A stretch of DNA of 26,791 nucleotides from an uncultured Oscillospiraceae bacterium (GTDB lineage: Bacteria; Bacillota; Clostridia; Oscillospirales; Oscillospiraceae), in assembly GCA_964620855.1 (NCBI GenBank), contig CAZUKJ010000001.1, forward strand, positions 1 through 26,791. The letters are read 5' to 3'. The position numbers and the translations under genes are program-made. The first letter of the stretch is position 1. Every line of letters begins with the position of its first letter. Under the pieces are notes generated by a model that worked only from the letters and a program-made list of their open reading frames with translations, was not told the origin of the DNA and searched no databases. Shown in pieces: positions 8,282 through 16,669 of the stretch.

Positions 8282-9424
8282 ATGGACCTGAATGAACTTC
8301 GCGGGCGCATCGATGAGATCGACGCCGAGCTTGTGCGGCTGTATGTTGAGCGCATGGGCATCAGCGCCGACGTCGCCGCCTACAAAAAAGAACACAACCT
8401 GCCCACCCTCGACGCCGGCCGCGAGCGTCAGAAGCTCGCGCAGATCCGCGGGATGGCCGGTGAGACCTTCGGCCAGTCGGCCGGCGTGCTCTACAGCACA
8501 ATTTTCGACCTCTCCCGTGCCTATCAGGATCACCTCCTGCACGGCCGCAGCGAGCTTGCTGATCGCATTGAGCACTCGCTTGAGACCACACCGCATCTGT
8601 TCCCACAGAATGCGCTCGTCGCCTGTCAGGGCGTCGAAGGCGCATACTCGCAGATCGCCGCAGAAAAAATCTTCAGCCAGCCGGATATCATGTACTTCAA
8701 CAGCTTCCAGTCGGTCTTTTCCGCCATTGAAAACGGTCTTTGCACCTACGGTGTGCTGCCGCTGGAAAACAGCACCGCCGGTTCGGTCACGCAGATCTAC
8801 GACCTGATGATGGAGCACAAGTTCTTCATCGTCCGCTCGGCACGCCTGAAGGTCGATCACAACCTGCTGGCCAAAAAAGGCTGCCAGCTCTCGGACATCC
8901 GCGAGATTTTCTCCCACCAGCAGGCCATCAGCCAGTCGGCGGAATTCCTCCGCGGCCTGCCCGGCGTGAAGGTCACCGTCTGCGAGAACACCGCAATGGC
9001 CGCCAAGATGGTCGCCGAGTCTGACCGCACAGATGTTGCCGCGCTCTCGTCGCGCTCGTGCGCAGAGCTGTACGGTCTGAGTACGCTGGCCTCCGGTGTG
9101 CAGGATCAGGGCAACAACTACACCCGTTTTATCTGCATCGCCAAAAATCTTGCCATCTATCCGGGCGCCGACCGCACGAGCATCATGCTTACCGTCCCGC
9201 ACAAACCCGGTTCGCTCTACCGTATCATCGCCCGCATCACCGCGCTGGGCATCAACCTCATCAAGCTCGAGAGCCGTCCGATCCCTGATCGCGACTTCGA
9301 GTTCATGTTCTACTTCGACCTCGATACGTCGGTCTACTCGCCGCAGTTTATCGAGCTGATCAACGAGCTCGACACGCTCTGCGAGCGTTTCGAGTATCTC
9401 GGCAGCTACAGGGAGATTATGTGA
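8282..9424 (+). CDS. pheA: Bifunctional chorismate mutase / prephenate dehydratase with ACT domain
   Basis: LNELRGRIDEID mutase N-terminus, QGVEGAYS, PLENSTAGSV, SHQQA, NYTRF, KLESRP. Confidence 0.95.
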   Translation: MDLNELRGRIDEIDAELVRLYVERMGISADVAAYKKEHNLPTLDAGRERQKLAQIRGMAGETFGQSAGVLYSTIFDLSRAYQDHLLHGRSELADRIEHSLETTPHLFPQNALVACQGVEGAYSQIAAEKIFSQPDIMYFNSFQSVFSAIENGLCTYGVLPLENSTAGSVTQIYDLMMEHKFFIVRSARLKVDHNLLAKKGCQLSDIREIFSHQQAISQSAEFLRGLPGVKVTVCENTAMAAKMVAESDRTDVAALSSRSCAELYGLSTLASGVQDQGNNYTRFICIAKNLAIYPGADRTSIMLTVPHKPGSLYRIIARITALGINLIKLESRPIPDRDFEFMFYFDLDTSVYSPQFIELINELDTLCERFEYLGSYREIM

Positions 9425-10653
9425 TGGCGCGTTACGGACTTCTCGGCCGCAAGCTCGGCCACAGCTATTCCCCGCAGATCCACACGGCGCTCGGCTGCCC
9501 GGAGGGCAGCTACGTGCTCTTTGAAAAAGAACCGGAGGAACTCGACGCATTTTTGCATAGCGGGGAATTCGACGCGATCAATGTCACAACGCCGTATAAA
9601 AAGGACGTCATTGCCCATCTGAGTGAACTGTCCGACGCGGCGCGCACCATCGGCAGCGTCAACACAATCCTCCGCCGCGACGACGGAACGCTCTACGGCG
9701 ACAATACCGACTTTTATGGCTTTGACTGCACACTTGCCGTCACCGGTATCGACCCAGCCGGCAAAAAAGCACTCATTCTGGGCGACGGCGGCGCCGCGCC
9801 GACCGTCCGCGCCGTGCTTGAAAGCCGCGGTGCGCGCGAGATCGTCACCATCTCCCGCCGCGCGGAAAACAACTACGAAAACCTCGATCGCCACGCTGAC
9901 GCCGAGCTGATCGTCAACGCTACACCGGTCGGCATGTACCCAAATAACGGCGGGTCGCTCGTCGATCTGACAAAGTTCCCAAACCTGTGCGGTGTGCTAG
10001 ACCTGATCTACAATCCGTCACGCACGAAACTGCTGCTCGATGCCGAGGCGCTGGGAATCCCGTACTGCGACGGACTGTATATGCTCGTCGCACAGGCCAA
10101 GCGAGCCGAGGAACTGTTTACCGGCACGCCGATCGACGACAGCGAAAATGCCCGCATCTGCGGCAAGATGCGCTCGGATATGACCAACATTGCCCTGATC
10201 GGCATGCCCGGCGTAGGAAAAACCTCCTGCGGCAAAGCACTCGCCGAGCTGTCCGGCCGCACATTCGTCGACCTCGACGCCGAGTTGGTCAAGCAGGCCG
10301 GTATTCCCATCCCTGACTATTTCTCGGCCTACGGCGAGGATGCCTTCCGCCGGCTTGAGACGCAGGTGCTCGAGGAGTTTTCCAAGCGCAGCGGTCTGAT
10401 CCTCGCCACAGGCGGCGGCGTCGTCACCCGCCCGGAGAACTATCCGCTGCTGCACCAGAACAGCACGGTCTTCTTCCTGCGGCGCGACATCACCAACCTT
10501 GCCACCGACGGCCGGCCGCTCAGCCAGTCGAAAGGTACCGTGCAGCTCGCACTTGAGCGGCTTCCGCTCTACAGCCGCTGGGCCGACTTCACCATCGACT
10601 GCGTCGACCCGCAGCATAACGCACAGACCATTTTGGAGGTGCTCTATCCATGA
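9421..10653 (+). CDS. aroE: Fused shikimate dehydrogenase (AroE) - shikimate kinase (AroK)
   Basis: AroE motifs GHSYSP, NVTTPYK, SVNT, NTD, NATPVGM, DLIYNP; from ~10180 kinase motifs GMPGVGKT, DLD, GEDAFRRLE, TGGG, RPL. Start GTG 9421 or ATG 9424. Confidence 0.93.
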   Translation: MMARYGLLGRKLGHSYSPQIHTALGCPEGSYVLFEKEPEELDAFLHSGEFDAINVTTPYKKDVIAHLSELSDAARTIGSVNTILRRDDGTLYGDNTDFYGFDCTLAVTGIDPAGKKALILGDGGAAPTVRAVLESRGAREIVTISRRAENNYENLDRHADAELIVNATPVGMYPNNGGSLVDLTKFPNLCGVLDLIYNPSRTKLLLDAEALGIPYCDGLYMLVAQAKRAEELFTGTPIDDSENARICGKMRSDMTNIALIGMPGVGKTSCGKALAELSGRTFVDLDAELVKQAGIPIPDYFSAYGEDAFRRLETQVLEEFSKRSGLILATGGGVVTRPENYPLLHQNSTVFFLRRDITNLATDGRPLSQSKGTVQLALERLPLYSRWADFTIDCVDPQHNAQTILEVLYP

Positions 10654-11072
10654 ATCTTCTTGTCATCAACGGCCCGAACCTCAATCTGCTCGGCCTGCGT
10701 GAGCCGGATATTTACGGCAAGCAGGACTTTCAGACGCTGTGCGATCAGATCCGCACATGGGCCGATGAACTCGGCCTCACCGTCACACTCTACCAGTCGA
10801 ACCATGAAGGCGCAATCGTCGACACGATCCAGGCCGCCTACGGCGTCTACGACGGCATCATCATCAACCCCGCCGCCTATACGCACACCTCCGTCGCCAT
10901 TCTCGACGCGCTCAAGGCCGTCTCGATCCCAACGGTAGAAGTGCACCTGTCTGATATTGAAAGCCGCGAGGAATTCCGCAAGTTCTCCTACGTCTCCCTC
11001 GTCGCCAAAAAGACCATCTGCGGCAAACACTTCCTCGGCTACCGTGAAGCGCTCGAATATTTCTCCGCCTGA
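10650..11072 (+). CDS. aroQ: Type II 3-dehydroquinate dehydratase
   Basis: INGPNLNLLGLREPDIYG, QSNHEG, INPAAYTHTSVA, EVHLS, REEFR. Confidence 0.97.
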   Translation: MNLLVINGPNLNLLGLREPDIYGKQDFQTLCDQIRTWADELGLTVTLYQSNHEGAIVDTIQAAYGVYDGIIINPAAYTHTSVAILDALKAVSIPTVEVHLSDIESREEFRKFSYVSLVAKKTICGKHFLGYREALEYFSA

Positions 11073-11078
11073 ACCCGG

Positions 11079-11107
11079 ACCGGGCCGCGACTGCGGCCCG
11101 GTTTTTC
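11079..11107 (+). terminator. Intrinsic terminator of the aro operon
   Basis: ACCGGGCCGC-GACT-GCGGCCCGGT followed by TTTTC. Confidence 0.85.
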
Positions 11108-11116
11108 TCTGATTCG

Positions 11117-11145
11117 TTGACATGGTTCCGACTCTCTGGTATCAT
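11117..11145 (+). promoter_or_regulatory. sigmaA-type promoter with extended -10
   Basis: TTGACA (11117-11122), 17 nt, TATCAT (11140-11145) preceded by TGG. Confidence 0.8.
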
Positions 11146-11179
11146 AACAGTATACAAAAATCATAAAGGAGGGGCAGCT

Positions 11180-11791
11180 ATGGGCAAGAACACCATCGTC
11201 ACCATCGGCCGTCAGTTTTGCAGCAAGGGCAACGAGATCGGACAGCTTCTGTCGGAACGTCTCGGCATCCCGTACTATGACAGTTTCATTCTCGAAAAAG
11301 CCGCGGAAGAACACGGCATGCCGATCGAACACGCTGAGCAGTTCGATGAAAAAATCGCAACACCGTTTGAGCGTTCGGTCTCCATGGCCGCCTTCTATTA
11401 TTCCACCGCCAGCACCATGCACACACCGCACGAGCAGCTGGCCATCATTCAGGCAAAGATGATCCGCGATCTGGCCGAAAAAGGGCCGTGTATTATCGTC
11501 GGCCGCTGCGCAAACTATATCCTGCGCGACTATCCCAGCCTTCTCGATGTCTTCATCTTTGCCAGCCGCGAAGAGCGCCTGCACAATGTCATGGAACAGT
11601 TTGGCAAGAGCGAGAAGGAAGCAAGGAAGCTGCTGCGTCAGGTGGAAAAGGAGCGCGGCGCATATTACAAACTCAACACCGGCCGCGACTGGCAGGACCC
11701 GGAGAACTACGACCTGATGATCGACTCCGGCCGCTTCCACATTGAAGGCGCTGTCGATATCCTCTGCGCCGCCTACCACGCAGTCGACTGA
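11180..11791 (+). CDS. Cytidylate kinase-like family protein (Cytidylate_kin2-like)
   Basis: IVTIGRQFCSKG.EIG..L...LGIPYYD, PCIIVGRCANYIL, R..YY...T...W.DP.NYDL.IDS; SD AAGGAGG. Confidence 0.82.
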   Translation: MGKNTIVTIGRQFCSKGNEIGQLLSERLGIPYYDSFILEKAAEEHGMPIEHAEQFDEKIATPFERSVSMAAFYYSTASTMHTPHEQLAIIQAKMIRDLAEKGPCIIVGRCANYILRDYPSLLDVFIFASREERLHNVMEQFGKSEKEARKLLRQVEKERGAYYKLNTGRDWQDPENYDLMIDSGRFHIEGAVDILCAAYHAVD

Positions 11792-11810
11792 CCGCACATC
11801 GCCCATCTTC

Positions 11811-11843
11811 AGAAACACCCGCCTTGCGGCAGGTGTTTCTTTT
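11811..11843 (+). terminator. Terminator-like hairpin between the cmk-like gene and tcdA
   Basis: AGAAACACC-C-GCC-TTGC-GGC-A-GGTGTTTCT then TTT. Confidence 0.55.
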
Positions 11844-11856
11844 CGGAGGAATCACC

Positions 11857-12573
11857 ATGTCTGATCCGTATATCCGCACGCAAATGCTGCTCGGCAGCGA
11901 TGCCATGGAGCGCCTGCGCCGTACGCGTGTCGCCGTGTTCGGCCTCGGCGGCGTCGGCGGCCATGCAGCCGAAGCGCTCTGCCGCGCCGGCGTCGGCGCG
12001 CTCGACCTGATCGACAGCGACACCGTCGCCGAAAGCAACTTAAACCGTCAGATCTTCGCCACACGCGACACGCTTGGGATGCGCAAAACCGATGCAGCCG
12101 AGCAACGGCTGCTTGCCATCGACCCAACCGTGCAGCTCGTCAAGCACCCCGTCTTCGTCCTGCCGGAGACGGTCGGCTGCTTCGACTTTTCCAAGTACGA
12201 CTACGTCGTCGATGCGATTGACACCGTTGCCGGCAAGCTCGAAATCATTCTGCGCGCGCGTGAAGCCGGCGTGCCGGTCATCAGCGCAATGGGCACGGGC
12301 AACAAGCTCTGCCCGGAACGCCTGCGCCTGACCGATCTTGCACAGACCAGCGGCTGCCCATTGGCGCGCGTGATGCGGCGCGAACTAAAAAAACGCGGTG
12401 TCACCCATCTGACCGTCGTATATTCTGACGAGCCGCCGATCACTCCGGCGCCCGACCCGGAAGCCGACCCGAACGCACGGCGCGTGACTCCCGGAAGCGT
12501 CAGCTTCGTCCCATCCGTCGCGGGACTGATGATTGCCGGAAAGATCATCCGCACCCTGTCCGGCGTCGAATAA
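11857..12573 (+). CDS. tcdA: tRNA threonylcarbamoyladenosine dehydratase (ThiF/E1-like family)
   Basis: GLGGVGG, LIDSD.V..SNLNRQ, DYVVDAID, SAMGTGNK, CPLARVMRRELK, VVYSDE, GSVSFVPSVAG; SD GGAGGA. Confidence 0.9.
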   Translation: MSDPYIRTQMLLGSDAMERLRRTRVAVFGLGGVGGHAAEALCRAGVGALDLIDSDTVAESNLNRQIFATRDTLGMRKTDAAEQRLLAIDPTVQLVKHPVFVLPETVGCFDFSKYDYVVDAIDTVAGKLEIILRAREAGVPVISAMGTGNKLCPERLRLTDLAQTSGCPLARVMRRELKKRGVTHLTVVYSDEPPITPAPDPEADPNARRVTPGSVSFVPSVAGLMIAGKIIRTLSGVE

Positions 12574-12593
12574 AGAAAGAGAGGACCGTTCCC

Positions 12594-13961
12594 ATGCAGA
12601 TCATCACGCGGGACAAGGCGTTCTACAAGCGCTTTTTCTCCCTGCTCATCGTCATCGCGCTGCAGTCGCTCGCATCGCTGACCGTCAATCTAGTCGATAA
12701 CATCATGCTCGGCCGCTATTCCGAGCTGGCGCTCTCAGGCGCAACGCTCGTCAATCAGCTGCAGTTTATGCTCCAGCAGATCGCCTCCGGTATCGGCTCG
12801 GGCATCGTAGTGCTCGGCTCGCAATATTGGGGCAAGGGCGAAACGAAGCCCATCCGCCGTATCATCTCTCTGGCCGTCAAGATCGCGCTGGTCATCGGCG
12901 CGGTATTTTTCGCGCTGACGCTGACCATCCCGGGCAGCATTCTCGGTATATTTACCAACGATGCTGCTGTCATTGCCGAGGGTGTGAAGTATCTGCGCGT
13001 CATGTGCTGGACATACATTGTCTTTGCGATCTCCAATTCGCTGATGTACTCGCTGCAGGCTGTGGAGACCGCTTTCATCGGTACGGTCATGTCCTGCTCG
13101 ACCATCGTGATCAACATGTGCCTGAATTACCTGCTCATCTTCGGTAACTTCGGCTGCCCGGAACTGGGCATTATGGGCGCTGGCATCGCCACGCTCATCA
13201 GCCGCTGCGTCGAACTGGTCATTATTCTCGTCTATGTGCTGCGCATCGATAAGAAGCTGCACATCAAGGCCTCCGACCTGCTTCGTTTTGACCTCGGCTA
13301 CCTGCGCGACTATATCAAGGTCGCTGCGCCGGTTATGGTCTCGGGCGGTCTGTGGGGCGTCGCGCAGGCAGCACAGACCGCCATCCTTGGCCACATGTCG
13401 GCCACGGCCATCGCCGCCAACTCCATCGCCAGCATCGTGTTTCAGGTCTGCTCGGTCTTCGGTATGTCGTCCGGACACGCCTCTGCAATCGTCATCGGCC
13501 GCACGATCGGCGAAAAGCGGCTCGATATGATCCGGCCGTATTCTCGCTCCCTGCAGGTAATCTTTGTGCTGCTCGGCCTGCTCTCCGGCGGCATCGTCTT
13601 CTTCTCACGCCGGTGGATCCTGTCGCTGTATTCCATCTCTGCTGAGACCTATCAGCTTGCCTACCAGTTTTTAACCGTGCTGAGCATCACCACCGTCGGC
13701 TCGTGCTATGAGTGGCCGGTCGAGGGCGGCATCATCGCAGGCGGCGGCGACACGAAGTATCAGGCCATCGTGGACAATCTGTTTATGTGGCTGTTTACGA
13801 TCCCGTCGGCCGCGCTGAGCGCGTTCGTGTTCCACTGGTCGCCGCTCGTCACCTTCTGCTTCCTCAAGGCGGACCAGCTGCTCAAATGCATCCCCAACTC
13901 GATTCGCTGCAACCGATACCGCTGGATCCGCGAGCTGACCCGTGAGGACGATCCGTCCTGA
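12594..13961 (+). CDS. MATE family efflux transporter
   Basis: 455 aa, about 12 hydrophobic segments, VDNIMLG, SQYWG, NYLLIFG.FG.PELGI.GAGIAT.ISR, GGDTK. Confidence 0.92.
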   Translation: MQIITRDKAFYKRFFSLLIVIALQSLASLTVNLVDNIMLGRYSELALSGATLVNQLQFMLQQIASGIGSGIVVLGSQYWGKGETKPIRRIISLAVKIALVIGAVFFALTLTIPGSILGIFTNDAAVIAEGVKYLRVMCWTYIVFAISNSLMYSLQAVETAFIGTVMSCSTIVINMCLNYLLIFGNFGCPELGIMGAGIATLISRCVELVIILVYVLRIDKKLHIKASDLLRFDLGYLRDYIKVAAPVMVSGGLWGVAQAAQTAILGHMSATAIAANSIASIVFQVCSVFGMSSGHASAIVIGRTIGEKRLDMIRPYSRSLQVIFVLLGLLSGGIVFFSRRWILSLYSISAETYQLAYQFLTVLSITTVGSCYEWPVEGGIIAGGGDTKYQAIVDNLFMWLFTIPSAALSAFVFHWSPLVTFCFLKADQLLKCIPNSIRCNRYRWIRELTREDDPS

Positions 13962-13980
13962 CGCAACCCCCGTATTCATT

Positions 13981-14021
13981 CTGCCTGCGCCGTCTCTTTG
14001 CAGCGGCGCAGGCAGTTTTTT
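13981..14021 (+). terminator. Intrinsic terminator after MATE gene
   Basis: CTGCCTGCGCCG / CGGCGCAGGCAG 12-bp stem followed by T6. Confidence 0.88.
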
Positions 14022-14095
14022 ACCATACCTCATTTAACGCTGCTCTAATCTTCATTTTTTTCGAACAATTTAACAACCTCTTTCTTCGAAATGTA

Positions 14096-14123
14096 TTGAT
14101 TTCTTGCCTAAGTGTGATATAAT
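14096..14123 (+). promoter_or_regulatory. sigmaA-type promoter of xfp
   Basis: TTGATT (14096-14101), 16 nt, TATAAT (14118-14123) with extended -10 TG. Confidence 0.75.
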
Positions 14124-14156
14124 TCATAAAACACATTTAAAAAGGAGTTGTTCTTT

Positions 14157-16592
14157 GTGGAAAGTTCAGTAAAATCCGCAGCTAAGAAATCCATTAAATC
14201 CAACGCTCGCATGTCCAAGAAGCAGACTCTCTCCGCGCAGGAACTCCACCACATCGACGCATGGTGGCGTGCAAGCAACTATCTCGCAGCCTGCCAACTC
14301 TATCTGCTCGATAATCCGCTCCTGCGCGAGCCGCTCAAGCGCGAACACATAAAAAAAACCATTGTCGGCCACTGGGGCACCGTTCCCGGCCAGAACTTCA
14401 TCTATACGCACCTGAATCGTGCAATCCGCAAATTTGACCTTGATATGATCTATCTCTCCGGCCCGGGCCACGGCGGCAACGCGATGGTTGCACAGGACTA
14501 TCTCGACGGCTCGTACACCGAGGTTTACCCGAACATCAGCCGCGATGAAGCCGGTCTGAAAAAGCTGTTCAAGCAGTTCTCCTTCCCCGGCGGCATCTCC
14601 AGCCATGTCGCGCCCGAGACCCCCGGTTCGATCAACGAGGGCGGCGAACTCGGCTACTCCCTTGCGCACGCATTCGGTGCCGTTATGGACAATCCGAAGC
14701 TAATCGCAGCCTGCGTCGTCGGCGACGGCGAGGCCGAAACCGGCCCACTGGCCACCGCATGGCACTCAAACAAATTCCTCAACCCGGTTACCGACGGCGC
14801 CGTTCTGCCGATTCTGCATCTGAACGGCTTTAAAATCGCCAACCCAACGATCTTTGCTCGCATTTCCCACGAAGAAGTTGAAATGTTCTTCCGCGGCTGC
14901 GGTTGGGAGCCGCGCTTCGTCGAAGGCGACAACCCTGAGAAGATGCACCAGACGATGGCCGCCGCGCTTGAATGGGCAATCCGCGAGATTCACCGCATTC
15001 AGGCCAACGCCCGCACCACCGGAGAGACAACGCGCCCACGCTGGCCGATGATCGTCTTCCGCTCCCCGAAGGGCTGGACAGGTCCGAAGGAGGTTGACGG
15101 CAACCCGGTCGAAGGCGCATACCGCGCACATCAGGTGCCGATTTCGATTGACGATGCACACCCCGAGCATATCGCGCAGCTCGAACAGTGGCTTCGAAGC
15201 TATCGCCCGGATGAGCTGTTTGACGAAAACGGCACGTTGATCCCCGAGCTGCAGGCACTTGCACCAGAGGGTGACCACCGCATGGGCGCAAATCCTCACG
15301 CCAACGGCGGCAAACTGCTGCGCGATCTGCGCACGCCGGACTTCCGCGAATTCTCCGTCCAAGTGCCAAGCCCCGGCGCAGTCGAGGCGCAGGATATGCT
15401 CGAACTGGGCAAGTACGTCCGTGACGTTATCCGTTTGAATCAGGAGTCGCGCAACTTCCGCGTCTTCGGCCCGGATGAGACCGCCTCGAACCGCCTGACA
15501 AGCATCTTTGAGCAGACCGGCCGCCGCTGGAACGTCGATTTTCTACCGCAGGATGAGAACCTTGACGTCGACGGCCGCGTCATGGATGGCATGCTCTCCG
15601 AGCATATGTGTCAGGGCTGGCTCGAGGGTTACCTGCTCACCGGCCGCCACGGCTTCTTCAACAGCTATGAAGCGTTCATCCGCATCGTCGACTCGATGGC
15701 CGCGCAGCACGCGAAATGGCTTAAGGTCTGCTCGCAGCTGGCGTGGCGTCAGGATATTGCCTCGCTCAACTATGTTCTCTCGTCGAACGTCTGGCAGCAG
15801 GACCATAACGGCTTTACCCATCAGGACCCCGGCTTCCTCGACCACATTGCCAACAAGAAAGCTGACGTTGTCCGCCTGTATCTCCCCCCGGACGCCAACT
15901 GCCTGCTTTCGTGCTTTGACCACTGTATCAAGAGCCGAAACTACGTCAATGTCATGGTCGCCTCGAAGCATCCGCGTCCGCAGTGGCTGACGATGGAGCA
16001 GGCAGTCAAGCATTGCACACAGGGCATCGGCATCTGGCAGTGGGCTTCGAACGACCAGGGACAAGAGCCGGACGTCGTGCTGGCCTGCTGCGGTGATACG
16101 CCGACGCTCGAGACGCTCGCTGCCGTCACGATTCTTCGCAAGTACCTGCCGGAACTGAAGATTCGACTCGTCAACGTCGTCGATCTTATGAAGCTGCAGC
16201 CGCATACTGAGCATCCGCACGGTCTGACCGATGACGAATACGACCTGCTCTTCACAAAAGACAAGCCGATCATCTTCGCCTTCCACGGCTACCCGACGCT
16301 CGTGCACGAGTTGACCTACCGTCGCAGCAACAAGAATCTGCACGTACGCGGCTACAAAGAAGAGGGCACGATCACCACACCGTTTGATATGCGTGTGCAG
16401 AACGATATTGACCGCTTCCACCTTGTAATTGACACCGTCATGCGCCTGCCGCAGCTGGGCAATCGCGGCGCGTTTTTGGTGCAAATGATGAACGATAAGC
16501 TTGTCGAGCACAAACAGTATATCGCGCAGTACGGTCAGGATATGCCCGAGATCCGCGCATGGAAATGGAACGACGGCAAGGGCGTCGAATAA
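14157..16592 (+). CDS. xfp: Xylulose-5-phosphate/fructose-6-phosphate phosphoketolase
   Basis: [68 protein letters not shown] 14157 is 9 nt after AAGGAG. Confidence 0.96.
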   Translation: MESSVKSAAKKSIKSNARMSKKQTLSAQELHHIDAWWRASNYLAACQLYLLDNPLLREPLKREHIKKTIVGHWGTVPGQNFIYTHLNRAIRKFDLDMIYLSGPGHGGNAMVAQDYLDGSYTEVYPNISRDEAGLKKLFKQFSFPGGISSHVAPETPGSINEGGELGYSLAHAFGAVMDNPKLIAACVVGDGEAETGPLATAWHSNKFLNPVTDGAVLPILHLNGFKIANPTIFARISHEEVEMFFRGCGWEPRFVEGDNPEKMHQTMAAALEWAIREIHRIQANARTTGETTRPRWPMIVFRSPKGWTGPKEVDGNPVEGAYRAHQVPISIDDAHPEHIAQLEQWLRSYRPDELFDENGTLIPELQALAPEGDHRMGANPHANGGKLLRDLRTPDFREFSVQVPSPGAVEAQDMLELGKYVRDVIRLNQESRNFRVFGPDETASNRLTSIFEQTGRRWNVDFLPQDENLDVDGRVMDGMLSEHMCQGWLEGYLLTGRHGFFNSYEAFIRIVDSMAAQHAKWLKVCSQLAWRQDIASLNYVLSSNVWQQDHNGFTHQDPGFLDHIANKKADVVRLYLPPDANCLLSCFDHCIKSRNYVNVMVASKHPRPQWLTMEQAVKHCTQGIGIWQWASNDQGQEPDVVLACCGDTPTLETLAAVTILRKYLPELKIRLVNVVDLMKLQPHTEHPHGLTDDEYDLLFTKDKPIIFAFHGYPTLVHELTYRRSNKNLHVRGYKEEGTITTPFDMRVQNDIDRFHLVIDTVMRLPQLGNRGAFLVQMMNDKLVEHKQYIAQYGQDMPEIRAWKWNDGKGVE

Positions 16593-16620
16593 ACCGCTCC
16601 TGCTGCGCCTGCGCTCCGAC

Positions 16621-16664
16621 AAAAAAGAGATCCCGCCGCGGCACACGCCGCAGCGGGATCTTTT
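16621..16664. terminator. Bidirectional terminator between convergent xfp and oxidoreductase
   Basis: A6-GAGATCCCGC-C-GCGGC-ACAC-GCCGC-A-GCGGGATC-TTTT. Confidence 0.82.
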
Positions 16665-16669
16665 CGCGC

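Noticed and set aside
14019..14075. TTTAAC-like direct repeats upstream of xfp as a response-regulator site
   Set aside because: Only one pair has 11-bp spacing; expected by chance in AT-rich DNA.
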